64,000 nt of DNA from Auanema rhodensis (taxonomy: Eukaryota > Animalia > Nematoda). The notes beneath the pieces are model-generated. The model had not been told where the DNA came from and ran no database searches. It worked only from the letters and a program-made list of their open reading frames with translations. Made by a program: the position numbers and the translations under genes. The stretch spans positions 434,001-498,000 of the forward strand of contig CAXKVF010000078.1 of assembly GCA_964057225.1 (NCBI GenBank), written 5' to 3'. Positions 40,996-54,713 of the stretch are shown here, one piece after another (the first letter of the stretch is position 1; each line of letters starts with the position of its first letter).

Positions 40996-42050
40996 AGTTA
41001 CATACCAAGTGCACATCACGTGTACATTTAATTAGCATAAATTAAAGTTCACGTAAATTTCAAAGTCATGGTTACCATGAACCAATATCAATAAAAATTT
41101 GTTTTTAGACTAATATGGACATGGGGAATCTAATTTTGAAAACCGCATCTCTTTATCTTTCACGTGAAGCGAGTTACATACCAAGTGCACATCACGTGTA
41201 CATTTAATTAGCATAAATTAAAGTTCACGTAAATTTCAAAGTCATGGTTACCATGAAGCAATATTAATAAAAATTTGTTTTTAGACTAATATGGACATGG
41301 GGAATCTAATTTTGAAAACCGCATCTCTTTATCTTTCACGTGACGCGAGTTACATACCAAGTGCACATCACGTGTACATTTAATTAGCATAAATTAAAGT
41401 TCACGTAAATTTCAAAGTCATGGTTACCATGAACCAATATCAATAAAAATTTGTTTTTAGACTAATATGGACATGGGGAATCTAATTTTGAAAACCGCAT
41501 CTCTTTATCTTTCACGTGAAGCGAGTTACATACCAAGTGCACATCACGTGTACATTTAATTAGCATAAATTAAAGTTCACGTAAATTTCAAAGTCATGGT
41601 TACCATGAAGCAATATCAATAAAAATTTCTTTTAGACTAACATGGACATGGGGAATCTAATTTTGAAAACCGCATCTCTTTATCTTTCACGTGAAGCGAG
41701 TTACATACCAAGTGCACATCACGTGTACATTTAATTAGCATAAATTAAAGTTCACGTAAATTTCAAAGTCATGGTTACCATGAACCAATATCAATAAAAA
41801 TTTGTTTTTAGACTAATATGGACATGGGGAATCTAATTTTGAAAACCGCATCTCTTTATCTTTCACGTGAAGCGAGTTACATACCAAGTGCACATCACGT
41901 GTACATTTAATTAGCATAAATTAAAGTTCACGTAAATTTCAAAGTCATGGTTACCATGAACCAATATCAATAAAAATTTGTTTTTAGACTAATATGGACA
42001 TGGGGAATCTAATTTTGAAAACCGCATCTCTTTATCTTTCACGTGAAGCG

Positions 42051-43102
42051 AGTTACATACCAAGTGCACATCACGTGTACATTTAATTAGCATAAATTAA
42101 AGTTCACGTAAATTTCAAAGTCATGGTTACCATGAACCAATATCAATAAAAATTTGTTTTTAGACTAATATGGACATGGGAAATCTAATTTTGAAAACCG
42201 CATCTCTTTATCTTTCACGTGAAGCGAGTTACATACCAAGTGCACATCACGTGTACATTTAATTAGCATAAATTAAAGTTCACGTAAATTTCAAAGTCAT
42301 GGTTACCATGAAGCAATATTAATAAAAATTTGTTTTAGACTAATATGGACATGGGGAATCTAATTTTGAAAACCGCATCTCTTTATCTTTCACGTGAAGC
42401 GAGTTACATACCAAGTGCACATCACGTGTACATTTAATTAGCATAAATTAAAGTTCACGTAAATTTCAAAGTCATGGTTACCATGAACCAATATCAATAA
42501 AAATTTGTTTTTAGACTAATATGGACATGGGAAATCTAATTTTGAAAACCGCATCTCTTTATCTTTCACGTGAAGCGAGTTACATACCAAGTGCACATCA
42601 CGTGTACATTTAATTAGCATAAATTAAAGTTCACGTAAATTTCAAAGTCATGGTTACCATGAAGCAATATTAATAAAAATTTGTTTTAGACTAATATGGA
42701 CATGGGGAATCTAATTTTGAAAACCGCATCTCTTTATCTTTCACGTGAAGCGAGTTACATACCAAGTGCACATCACGTGTACATTTAATTAGCATAAATT
42801 AAAGTTCACGTAAATTTCAAAGTCATGGTTACCATGAACCAATATCAATAAAAATTTTTTTTAGACTAATATGGACATGGGAAATCTAATTTTGAAAACC
42901 GCATCTCTTTATCTTTCACGTGAAGCGAGTTACATACCAAGTGCACATCACGTGTACATTTAATTAGCATAAATTAAAGTTCACGTAAATTTCAAAGTCA
43001 TGGTTACCATGAAGCAATATTAATAAAAATTTGTTTTAGACTAATATGGACATGGGGAATCTAATTTTGAAAACCGCATCTCTTTATCTTTCACGTGAAG
43101 CG
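42051..43102 (+). repeat. Dimeric higher-order repeat (about 351 bp) x3
   Basis: 131A monomer alternates with 175-bp gaaGc+aatatT+deltaT monomer at 42051/42227, 42402/42578 and 42753/42928. Confidence 0.82.
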
Positions 43103-46100
43103 AGTTACATACCAAGTGCACATCACGTGTACATTTAATTAGCATAAATTAAAGTTCACGTAAATTTCAAAGTCATGGTTACCATGAACCAATATCAATA
43201 AAAATTTGTTTTTAGACTAATATGGACATGGGGAATCTAATTTTGAAAACCGCATCTCTTTATCTTTCACGTGAAGCGAGTTACATACCAAGTGCACATC
43301 ACGTGTACATTTAATTAGCATAAATTAAAGTTCACGTAAATTTCAAAGTCATGGTTACCATGAAGCAATATTAATAAAAATTTGTTTTTAGACTAATATG
43401 GACATGGGGAATCTAATTTTGAAAACCGCATCTCTTTATCTTTCACGTGAAGCGAGTTACATACCAAGTGCACATCACGTGTACATTTAATTAGCATAAA
43501 TTAAAGTTCACGTAAATTTCAAAGTCATGGTTACCATGCACCAATATCAATAAAAATTTGTTTTTAGACTAATATGGACATGGGGGATCTAATTTTGAAA
43601 ACCGCATCTCTTTATCTTTCACGTGAAGCGAGTTACATACCAAGTGCACATCACGTGTACATTTAATTAGCATAAATTAAAGTTCACGTAAATTTCAAAG
43701 TCATGGTTACCATGAACCAATATCAATAAAAATTTGTTTTTAGACTAATATGGACATGGGGAATCTAATTTTGAAAACCGCATCTCTTTATCTTTCACGT
43801 GAAGCGAGTTACATACCAAGTGCACATCACGTGTACATTTAATTAGCATAAATTAAAGTTCACGTAAATTTCAAAGTCATGGTTACCATAAACCAATATC
43901 AATAAAAATTTGTTTTTAGACTAATATGGACATGGGGAATCTAATTTTGAAAACCGCATCTCTTTATCTTTCACGTGAAGCGAGTTACATACCAAGTGCA
44001 CATCACGTGTACATTTAATTAGCATAAATTAAAGTTCACGTAAATTTCAAAGTCATGGTTACCATGAACCAATATCAATAAAAATTTGTTTTTAGACTAA
44101 TATGGACATGGGGAATCTAATTTTGAAAACCGCATCTCTTTATCTTTCACGTGAAGCGAGTTACATACCAAGTGCACATCACGTGTACATTTAATTAGCA
44201 TAAATTAAAGTTCACGTAAATTTCAAAGTCATGGTTACCATGAACCAATATCAATAAAAATTTGTTTTTAGACTAATATGGACATGAGAAATCTAATTTT
44301 GAAAACCGCATCTCTTTATCTTTCACGTGAAGCGAGTTACATACCAAGTGCACATCACGTGTACATTTAATTAGCATAAATTAAAGTTCACGTAAATTTC
44401 AAAGTCATGGTTACCATGAACCAATATCAATAAAAATTTGTTTTTAGACTAATATGGACATGGGGAATCTAATTTTGAAAACCGCATCTCTTTATCTTTC
44501 ACGTGAAGCGAGTTACATACCAAGTGCACATCACGTGTACATTTAATTAGCATAAATTAAAGTTCACGTAAATTTCAAAGTCATGGTTACCATGAACCAA
44601 TATCAATAAAAATTTGTTTTTAGACTAATATGGACATGGGAAATCTAATTTTGAAAACCGCATCTCTTTATCTTTCACGTGAAGCGAGTTACATACCAAG
44701 TGCACATCACGTGTACATTTAATTAGCATAAATTAAAGTTCACGTAAATTTCAAAGTCATGGTTACCATGCACCAATATCAATAAAAATTTGTTTTTAGA
44801 CTAATATGGACATGGGGAATCTAATTTTGAAAACCGCATCTCTTTATCTTTCACGTGAAGCGAGTTACATACCAAGTGCACATCACGTGTACATTTAATT
44901 AGCATAAATTAAAGTTCACGTAAATTTCAAAGTCATGGTTACCATGAACCAATATCAATAAAAATTTTTTTTAGACTAATATGGACATGGGGAATCTAAT
45001 TTTAAAAACCGCATCTCTTTATCTTTCACGTGAAGCGAGTTACATACCAAGTGCACATCACGTGTACATTTAATTAGCATAAATTAAAGTTCACGTAAAT
45101 TTCAAAGTCATGGTTACCATGAACCAATATCAATAAAAATTTGTTTTTAGACTAATATGGACATGGGGAATCTAATTTTGAAAACCGCATCTCTTTATCT
45201 TTCACGTGAAGCGAGTTACATACCAAGTGCATATCACGTGTACATTTAATTAGCATAAATTAAAGTTCACGTAAATTTCAAAGTCATGGTTACCATGAAC
45301 CAATATCAATAAAAATTTGTTTTTAGACTAATATGGACATGGGGAATCTAATTTTGAAAACCGCATCTCTTTATCTTTCACGTGAAGCGAGTTACATACC
45401 AAGTGCACATCACGTGTACATTTAATTAGCATAAATTAAAGTTCACGTAAATTTCAAAGTCATGGTTACCATGAACCAATATCAATAAAAATTTGTTTTT
45501 AGACTAATATGGACATGAGGAATCTAATTTTGAGTACCGCATCTCTTTATCTTTCACGTGAAGCGAGTTACATACCAAGTGCACATCACGTGTACATTTA
45601 ATTAGCATAAATTAAAGTTCACGTAAATTTCAAAGTCATGGTTACCATGCACCAATATCAATAAAAATTTGTTTTTAGACTAATATGGACATGGGAAATC
45701 TAATTTTGAAAACCGCATCTCTTTATCTTTCACGTGAAGCGAGTTACATACCAAGTGCACATCACGTGTACATTTAATTAGCATAAATTAAAGTTCACGT
45801 AAATTTCAAAGTCATGGTTACCATGAAGCAATATTAATAAAAATTTGTTTTAGACTAATATGGACATGGGGAATCTAATTTTGAAAACCGCATCTCTTTA
45901 TCTTCCACGTGAAGCGAGTTACATACCAAGTGCACATCACGTGTACATTTAATTAGCATAAATTAAAGTTCACGTAAATTTCAAAGTCATGGTTACCATG
46001 CACCAATATCAATAAAAATTTGTTTTTAGACTAATATGGACATGGGGGATCTAATTTTGAAAACCGCATCTCTTTATCTTTCACGTGAAGCGAGTTACAT

Positions 46101-47324
46101 ACCAAGTGCACATCACGTGTACATTTAATTAGCATAAATTAAAGTTCACGTAAATTTCAAAGTCATGGTTACCATGAACCAATATCAATAAAAATTTGTT
46201 TTTAGACTAATATGGACATGGGGAATCTAATTTTGAAAACCGCATCTCTTTATCTTTCACGTGAAGCGAGTTACATACCAAGTGCACATCACGTGTACAT
46301 TTAATTAGCATAAATTAAAGTTCACGTAAATTTCAAAGTCATGGTTACCATGAACCAATATCAATAAAAATTTGTTTTTAGACTAATATGGACATGGGGA
46401 ATCTAATTTTGAAAACCGCATCTCTTTATCTTTCACGTGAAGCGAGTTACATACCAAGTGCACATCACGTGTACATTTAATTAGCATAAATTAAAGTTCA
46501 CGTAAATTTCAAAGTCATGGTTACCATGAAGCAATATTAATAAAAATTTGTTTTTAGACTAATATGGACATGGGGAATCTAATTTTGAAAACCGCATCTC
46601 TTTATCTTTCACGTGAAGCGAGTTACATACCAAGTGCACATCACGTGTACATTTAATTAGCATAAATTAAAGTTCACGTAAATTTCAAAGTCATGGTTAC
46701 CATGCACCAATATCAATAAAAATTTGTTTTTAGACTAATATGGACATGGGGGATCTAATTTTGAAAACCGCATCTCTTTATCTTTCACGTGAAGCGAGTT
46801 ACATACCAAGTGCACATCACGTGTACATTTAATTAGCATAAATTAAAGTTCACGTAAATTTCAAAGTCATGGTTACCATGAACCAATATCAATAAAAATT
46901 TGTTTTTAGACTAATATGGACATGGGGAATCTAATTTTCAAAACCGCATCTCTTTATCTTTCACGTGAAGCGAGTTACATACCAAGTGCACATCACGTGT
47001 ACATTTAATTAGCATAAATTAAAGTTCACGTAAATTTCAAAGTCATGGTTACCATGAACCAATATCAATAAAAATTTGTTTTTAGACTAATATGGACATG
47101 GGGAATCTAATTTTGAAAACCGCATCTCTTTATCTTTCACGTGAAGCGAGTTACATACCAAGTGCACATCACGTGTACATTTAATTAGCATAAATTAAAG
47201 TTCACGTAAATTTCAAAGTCATGGTTACCATGAACCAATATCAATAAAAATTTGTTTTTAGACTAATATGGACATGAGGAATCTAATTTTGAGTACCGCA
47301 TCTCTTTATCTTTCACGTGAAGCG

Positions 47325-48380
47325 AGTTACATACCAAGTGCACATCACGTGTACATTTAATTAGCATAAATTAAAGTTCACGTAAATTTCAAAGTCATGG
47401 TTACCATGCACCAATATCAATAAAAATTTGTTTTTAGACTAATATGGACATGGGGGATCTAATTTTGAAAACCGCATCTCTTTATCTTTCACGTGAAGCG
47501 AGTTACATACCAAGTGCACATCACGTGTACATTTAATTAGCATAAATTAAAGTTCACGTAAATTTCAAAGTCATGGTTACCATGAACCAATATCAATAAA
47601 AATTTGTTTTTAGACTAATATGGACATGGGGAATCTAATTTTGAAAACCGCATCTCTTTATCTTTCACGTGAAGCGAGTTACATACCAAGTGCACATCAC
47701 GTGTACATTTAATTAGCATAAATTAAAGTTCACGTAAATTTCAAAGTCATGGTTACCATGCACCAATATCAATAAAAATTTGTTTTTAGACTAATATGGA
47801 CATGGGGGATCTAATTTTGAAAACCGCATCTCTTTATCTTTCACGTGAAGCGAGTTACATACCAAGTGCACATCACGTGTACATTTAATTAGCATAAATT
47901 AAAGTTCACGTAAATTTCAAAGTCATGGTTACCATGAACCAATATCAATAAAAATTTGTTTTTAGACTAATATGGACATGGGGAATCTAATTTTGAAAAC
48001 CGCATCTCTTTATCTTTCACGTGAAGCGAGTTACATACCAAGTGCACATCACGTGTACATTTAATTAGCATAAATTAAAGTTCACGTAAATTTCAAAGTC
48101 ATGGTTACCATGCACCAATATCAATAAAAATTTGTTTTTAGACTAATATGGACATGGGGGATCTAATTTTGAAAACCGCATCTCTTTATCTTTCACGTGA
48201 AGCGAGTTACATACCAAGTGCACATCACGTGTACATTTAATTAGCATAAATTAAAGTTCACGTAAATTTCAAAGTCATGGTTACCATGAACCAATATCAA
48301 TAAAAATTTGTTTTTAGACTAATATGGACATGGGGAATCTAATTTTGAAAACCGCATCTCTTTATCTTTCACGTGAAGCG
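47325..48380 (+). repeat. Dimeric higher-order repeat (352 bp) x3
   Basis: 85C+132G monomer (47325, 47677, 48029) alternates with plain 85A monomer. Confidence 0.8.
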
Positions 48381-51300
48381 AGTTACATACCAAGTGCACA
48401 TCACGTGTACATTTAATTAGCATAAATTAAAGTTCACGTAAATTTCAAAGTCATGGTTACCATGAACCAATATCAATAAAAATTTGTTTTTAGACTAATA
48501 TGGACATGGGGAATCTAATTTTGAAAACCGCATCTCTTTATCTTTCACGTGAAGCGAGTTACATACCAAGTGCACATCACGTGTACATTTAATTAGCATA
48601 TATTAAAGTTCACGTAAATTTCAAAGTCATGGTTACCATGAACCAATATCAATAAAAATTTGTTTTTAGACTAATATGGACATGGGGAATCTAATTTTGA
48701 AAACCGCATCTCTTTATCTTTCACGTGAAGCGAGTTACATACCAAGTGCACATCACGTGTACATTTAATTAGCATAAATTAAAGTTCACGTAAATTTCAA
48801 AGTCATGGTTACCATGCACCAATATCAATAAAAATTTGTTTTTAGACTAATATGGACATGGGGAATCTAATTTTGAAAACCGCATCTCTTTATCTTTCAC
48901 GTGAAGCGAGTTACATACCAAGTGCACATCACGTGTACATTTAATTAGCATAAATTAAAGTTCACGTAAATTTCAAAGTCATGGTTACCATGAACCAATA
49001 TCAATGAAAATTTTTTTTAGACTAATATGGACATGGGGAATCTAATTTTAAAAACCGCATCTCTTTATCTTTCACGTGAAGCGAGTTACATACCAAGTGC
49101 ACATCACGTGTACATTTAATTAGCATAAATTAAAGTTCACGTAAATTTCAAAGTCATGGTTACCATGAACCAATATCAATAAAAATTTGTTTTTAGACTA
49201 ATATGGACATGGGGAATCTAATTTTGAAAACCGCATCTCTTTATCTTTCACGTGAAGCGAGTTACATACCAAGTGCACATCACGTGTACATTTAATTAGC
49301 ATAAATTAAAGTTCACGTAAATTTCAAAGTCATGGTTACCAAGAACCAATATCAATAAAAATTTGTTTTTAGACTAATATGGACATGGGGAATCTAATTT
49401 TGAAAACCGCATCTCTTTATCTTTCACGTGAAGCGAGTTACATACCAAGTGCACATCACGTGTACATTTAATTAGCATAAATTAAAGTTCACGTAAATTT
49501 CAAAGTCATGGTTACCATGAAGCAATATCAATAAAAATTTGTTTTTAGACTAATATGGACATGGGGAATCTAATTTTGAAAACCGCATCTCTTTATCTTT
49601 CACGTGAAGCGAGTTACATACCAAGTGCACATCACGTGTACATTTAATTAGCATAAATTAAAGTTCACGTAAATTTCAAAGTCATGGTTACCATGAACCA
49701 ATATCAATAAAAATTTGTTTTTAGACTAATATGGACATGGGGAATCTAATTTTGAAAACCGCATCTCTTTATCTTTCACGTGAAGCGAGTTACATACCAA
49801 GTGCACATCACGTGTACATTTAATTAGCATATATTAAAGTTCACGTAAATTTCAAAGTCATGGTTACCATGAACCAATATCAATAAAAATTTGTTTTTAG
49901 ACTAATATGGACATGGGGAATCTAATTTTGAATACCGCATCTCTTTATCTTTCACGTGAAGCGAGTTACATACCAAGTGCACATCACGTGTACATTTAAT
50001 TAGCATAAATTAAAGTTCACGTAAATTTCAAAGTCATGGTTACCATGCACCAATATCAATAAAAATTTGTTTTTAGACTAATATGGACATGGGGGATCTA
50101 ATTTTGAAAACCGCATCTCTTTATCTTTCACGTGAAGCGAGTTACATACCAAGTGCACATCACGTGTACATTTAATTAGCATAAATTAAAGTTCACGTAA
50201 ATTTCAAAGTCATGGTTACCATGAACCAATATCAATAAAAATTTGTTTTTAGACTAATATGGACATGGGGAATCTAATTTTGAAAACTGCATCTCTTTAT
50301 CTTTCACGTGAAGCGAGTTACATACCAAGTGCACATCACGTGTACATTTAATTAGCATAAATTAAAGTTCACGTAAATTTCAAAGTCATGGTTACCATGA
50401 ACCAATATCAATAAAAATTTGTTTTTAGACTAATATGGACATGGGGAATCTAATTTTGAAAACCGCATCTCTTTATCTTTCACGTGAAGCGAGTTACATA
50501 CCAAGTGCACATCACGTGTACATTTAATTAGCATATATTAAAGTTCACGTAAATTTCAAAGTCATGGTTACCATGAACCAATATCAATAAAAATTTGTTT
50601 TTAGACTAATATGGACATGGGGAATCTAATTTTGAAAACCGCATCTCTTTATCTTTCACGTGAAGCGAGTTACATACCAAGTGCACATCACGTGTACATT
50701 TAATTAGCATAAATTAAAGTTCACGTAAATTTCAAAGTCATGGTTACCATGCACCAATATCAATAAAAATTTGTTTTTAGACTAATATGGACATGGGGAA
50801 TCTAATTTTGAAAACCGCATCTCTTTATCTTTCACGTGAAGCGAGTTACATACCAAGTGCACATCACGTGTACATTTAATTAGCATAAATTAAAGTTCAC
50901 GTAAATTTCAAAGTCATGGTTACCATGAACCAATATCAATAAAAATTTTTTTTAGACTAATATGGACATGGGGAATCTAATTTTAAAAACCGCATCTCTT
51001 TATCTTTCACGTGAAGCGAGTTACATACCAAGTGCACATCACGTGTACATTTAATTAGCATAAATTAAAGTTCACGTAAATTTCAAAGTCATGGTTACCA
51101 TGAACCAATATCAATAAAAATTTGTTTTTAGACTAATATGGACATGGGGAATCTAATTTTGAAAACCGCATCTCTTTATCTTTCACGTGAAGCGAGTTAC
51201 ATACCAAGTGCACATCACGTGTACATTTAATTAGCATAAATTAAAGTTCACGTAAATTTCAAAGTCATGGTTACCAAGAACCAATATCAATAAAAATTTG

Positions 51301-51546
51301 TTTTTAGACTAATATGGACATGGGGAATCTAATTTTGAAAACCGCATCTCTTTATCTTTCACGTGAAGCGAGTTACATACCAAGTGCACATCACGTGTAC
51401 ATTTAATTAGCATAAATTAAAGTTCACGTAAATTTCAAAGTCATGGTTACCATGAAGCAATATCAATAAAAATTTGTTTTTAGACTAATATGGACATGGG
51501 GAATCTAATTTTGAAAACCGCATCTCTTTATCTTTCACGTGAAGCG
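48029..51546 (+). repeat. 9-monomer block duplicated at 11-monomer (1935 bp) offset: 48029-49611 and 49964-51546
   Basis: cataTatt (48601/50536) and accaAgaacc (49342/51277) recur at 1935 bp, as does the deltaG106+143A monomer (48909/50844). Confidence 0.88.
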
Positions 51547-54500
51547 AGTTACATACCAAGTGCACATCACGTGTACATTTAATTAGCATAAATTAAAGTT
51601 CACGTAAATTTCAAAGTCATGGTTACCATGAAGCAATATTAATAAAAATTTGTTTTTAGACTAATATGGACATGGGGAATCTAATTTTGAAAACCGCATC
51701 TGTTTATCTTTCACGTGAAGCGAGTTACATACCAAGTGCACATCACGTGTACATTTAATTAGCATAAATTAAAGTTCACGTAAATTTCAAAGTCATGGTT
51801 ACCATGAACCAATATCAATAAAAATTTGTTTTTAGACTAATATGGACATGGGGAATCTAATTTTGAAAACCGCATCTCTTTATCTTTCACGTGAAGCGAG
51901 TTACATACCAAGTGCACATCACGTGTACATTTAATTAGCATAAATTAAAGTTCACGTAAATTTCAAAGTCATGGTTACCATGAAGCAATATTAATAAAAA
52001 TTTGTTTTTAGACTAATATGGACATGGGGAATCTAATTTTGAAAACCGCATCTCTTTATCTTTCACGTGAAGCGAGTTACATACCAAGTGCACATCACGT
52101 GTACATTTAATTAGCATAAATTAAAGTTCACGTAAATTTCAAAGTCATGGTTACCATGAACCAATATCAATAAAAATTTGTTTTTAGACTAATATGGACA
52201 TGGGAAATCTAATTTTGAAAACCGCATCTCTTTATCTTTCACGTGAAGCGAGTTACATACCAAGTGCACATCACGTGTACATTTAATTAGCATAAATTAA
52301 AGTTCACGTAAATTTCAAAGTCATGGTTACCATGAAGCAATATCAATAAAAATTTGTTTTTAGACTAATATGGACATGGGGAATCTAATTTTGAAAACCG
52401 CATCTCTTTATCTTTCACGTGAAGCGAGTTACATACCAAGTGCACATCACGTGTACATTTAATTAGCATAAATTAAAGTTCACGTAAATTTCAAAGTCAT
52501 GGTTACCATGAACCAATATCAATAAAAATTTGTTTTTAGACTAATATGGACATGGGGAATCTAATTTTGAAAACCGCATCTGTTTATCTTTCACGTGAAG
52601 CGAGTTACATACCAAGTGCACATCACGTGTACATTTAATTAGCATAAATTAAAGTTCACGTAAATTTCAAAGTCATGGTTACCATGAAGCAATATTAATA
52701 AAAATTTGTTTTTAGACTAATATGGACATGGGGAATCTAATTTTGAAAACCGCATCTCTTTATCTTTCACGTGAAGCGAGTTACATACCAAGTGCACATC
52801 ACGTGTACATTTAATTAGCATAAATTAAAGTTCACGTAAATTTCAAAGTCATGGTTACCATGAACCAATATCAATAAAAATTTGTTTTTAGACTAATATG
52901 GACATGGGAAATCTAATTTTGAAAACCGCATCTCTTTATCTTTCACGTGAAGCGAGTTACATACCAAGTGCACATCACGTGTACATTTAATTAGCATAAA
53001 TTAAAGTTCACGTAAATTTCAAAGTCATGGTTACCATGAAGCAATATTAATAAAAATTTGTTTTTAGACTAATATGGACATGGGGAATCTAATTTTGAAA
53101 ACCGCATCTCTTTATCTTTCACGTGAAGCGAGTTACATACCAAGTGCACATCACGTGTACATTTAATTAGCATAAATTAAAGTTCACGTAAATTTCAAAG
53201 TCATGGTTACCATGCACCAATATCAATAAAAATTTGTTTTTAGACTAATATGGACATGGGGGATCTAATTTTGAAAACCGCATCTCTTTATCTTTCACGT
53301 GAAGCGAGTTACATACCAAGTGCACATCACGTGTACATTTAATTAGCATAAATTAAAGTTCACGTAAATTTCAAAGTCATGGTTACCATGAACCAATATC
53401 AATAAAAATTTGTTTTTAGACTAATATGGACATGGGGAATCTAATTTTGAAAACCGCATCTCTTTATCTTTCACGTGAAGCGAGTTACATACCAAGTGCA
53501 CATCACGTGTACATTTAATTAGCATAAATTAAAGTTCACGTAAATTTCAAAGTCATGGTTACCATGAACCAATATCAATAAAAATTTGTTTTTAGACTAA
53601 TATGGACATGGGGAATCTAATTTTAAAAACCGCATCTCTTTATCTTTCACGTGAAGCGAGTTACATACCAAGTGCACATCACGTGTACATTTAATTAGCA
53701 TAAATTAAAGTTCACGTAAATTTCAAAGTCATGGTTACCATGAAGCAATATCAATAAAAATTTCCTTTAGACTAATATGGACATGGGGAATCTAATTTTG
53801 AAAACCGCATCTCTTTATCTTTCACGTGAAGCGAGTTACATACCAAGTGCACATCACGTGTACATTTAATTAGCATAAATTAAAGTTCACGTAAATTTCA
53901 AAGTCATGGTTACCATGAACCAATATCAATAAAAATTTGTTTTTAGACTAATATGGACATGGGGAATCTAATTTTGAAAACCGCATCTCTTTATCTTTCA
54001 CGTGAAGCGAGTTACATACCAAGTGCACATCACGTGTACATTTAATTAGCATAAATTAAAGTTCACGTAAATTTCAAAGTCATGGTTACCATGAAGCAAT
54101 ATCAATAAAAATTTGTTTTTAGACTAATATGGACATGGGGAATCTAATTTTGAAAACCGCATCTCTTTATCTTTCACGTGAAGCGAGTTACATACCAAGT
54201 GCACATCACGTGTACATTTAATTAGCATAAATTAAAGTTCACGTAAATTTCAAAGTCATGGTTACCATGAACCAATATCAATAAAAATTTGTTTTTAGAC
54301 TAATATGGACATGGGGAATCTAATTTTGAAAACCGCATCTCTTTATCTTTCACGTGAAGCGAGTTACATACCAAGTGCACATCACGTGTACATTTAATTA
54401 GCATAAATTAAAGTTCACGTAAATTTCAAAGTCATGGTTACCATGAAGCAATATTAATAAAAATTTGTTTTTAGACTAATATGGACATGGGGAATCTAAT

Positions 54501-54713
54501 TTTGAAAACCGCATCTGTTTATCTTTCACGTGAAGCGAGTTACATACCAAGTGCACATCACGTGTACATTTAATTAGCATAAATTAAAGTTCACGTAAAT
54601 TTCAAAGTCATGGTTACCATGAACCAATATCAATAAAAATTTGTTTTTAGACTAATATGGACATGGGGAATCTAATTTTGAAAACCGCATCTCTTTATCT
54701 TTCACGTGAAGCG

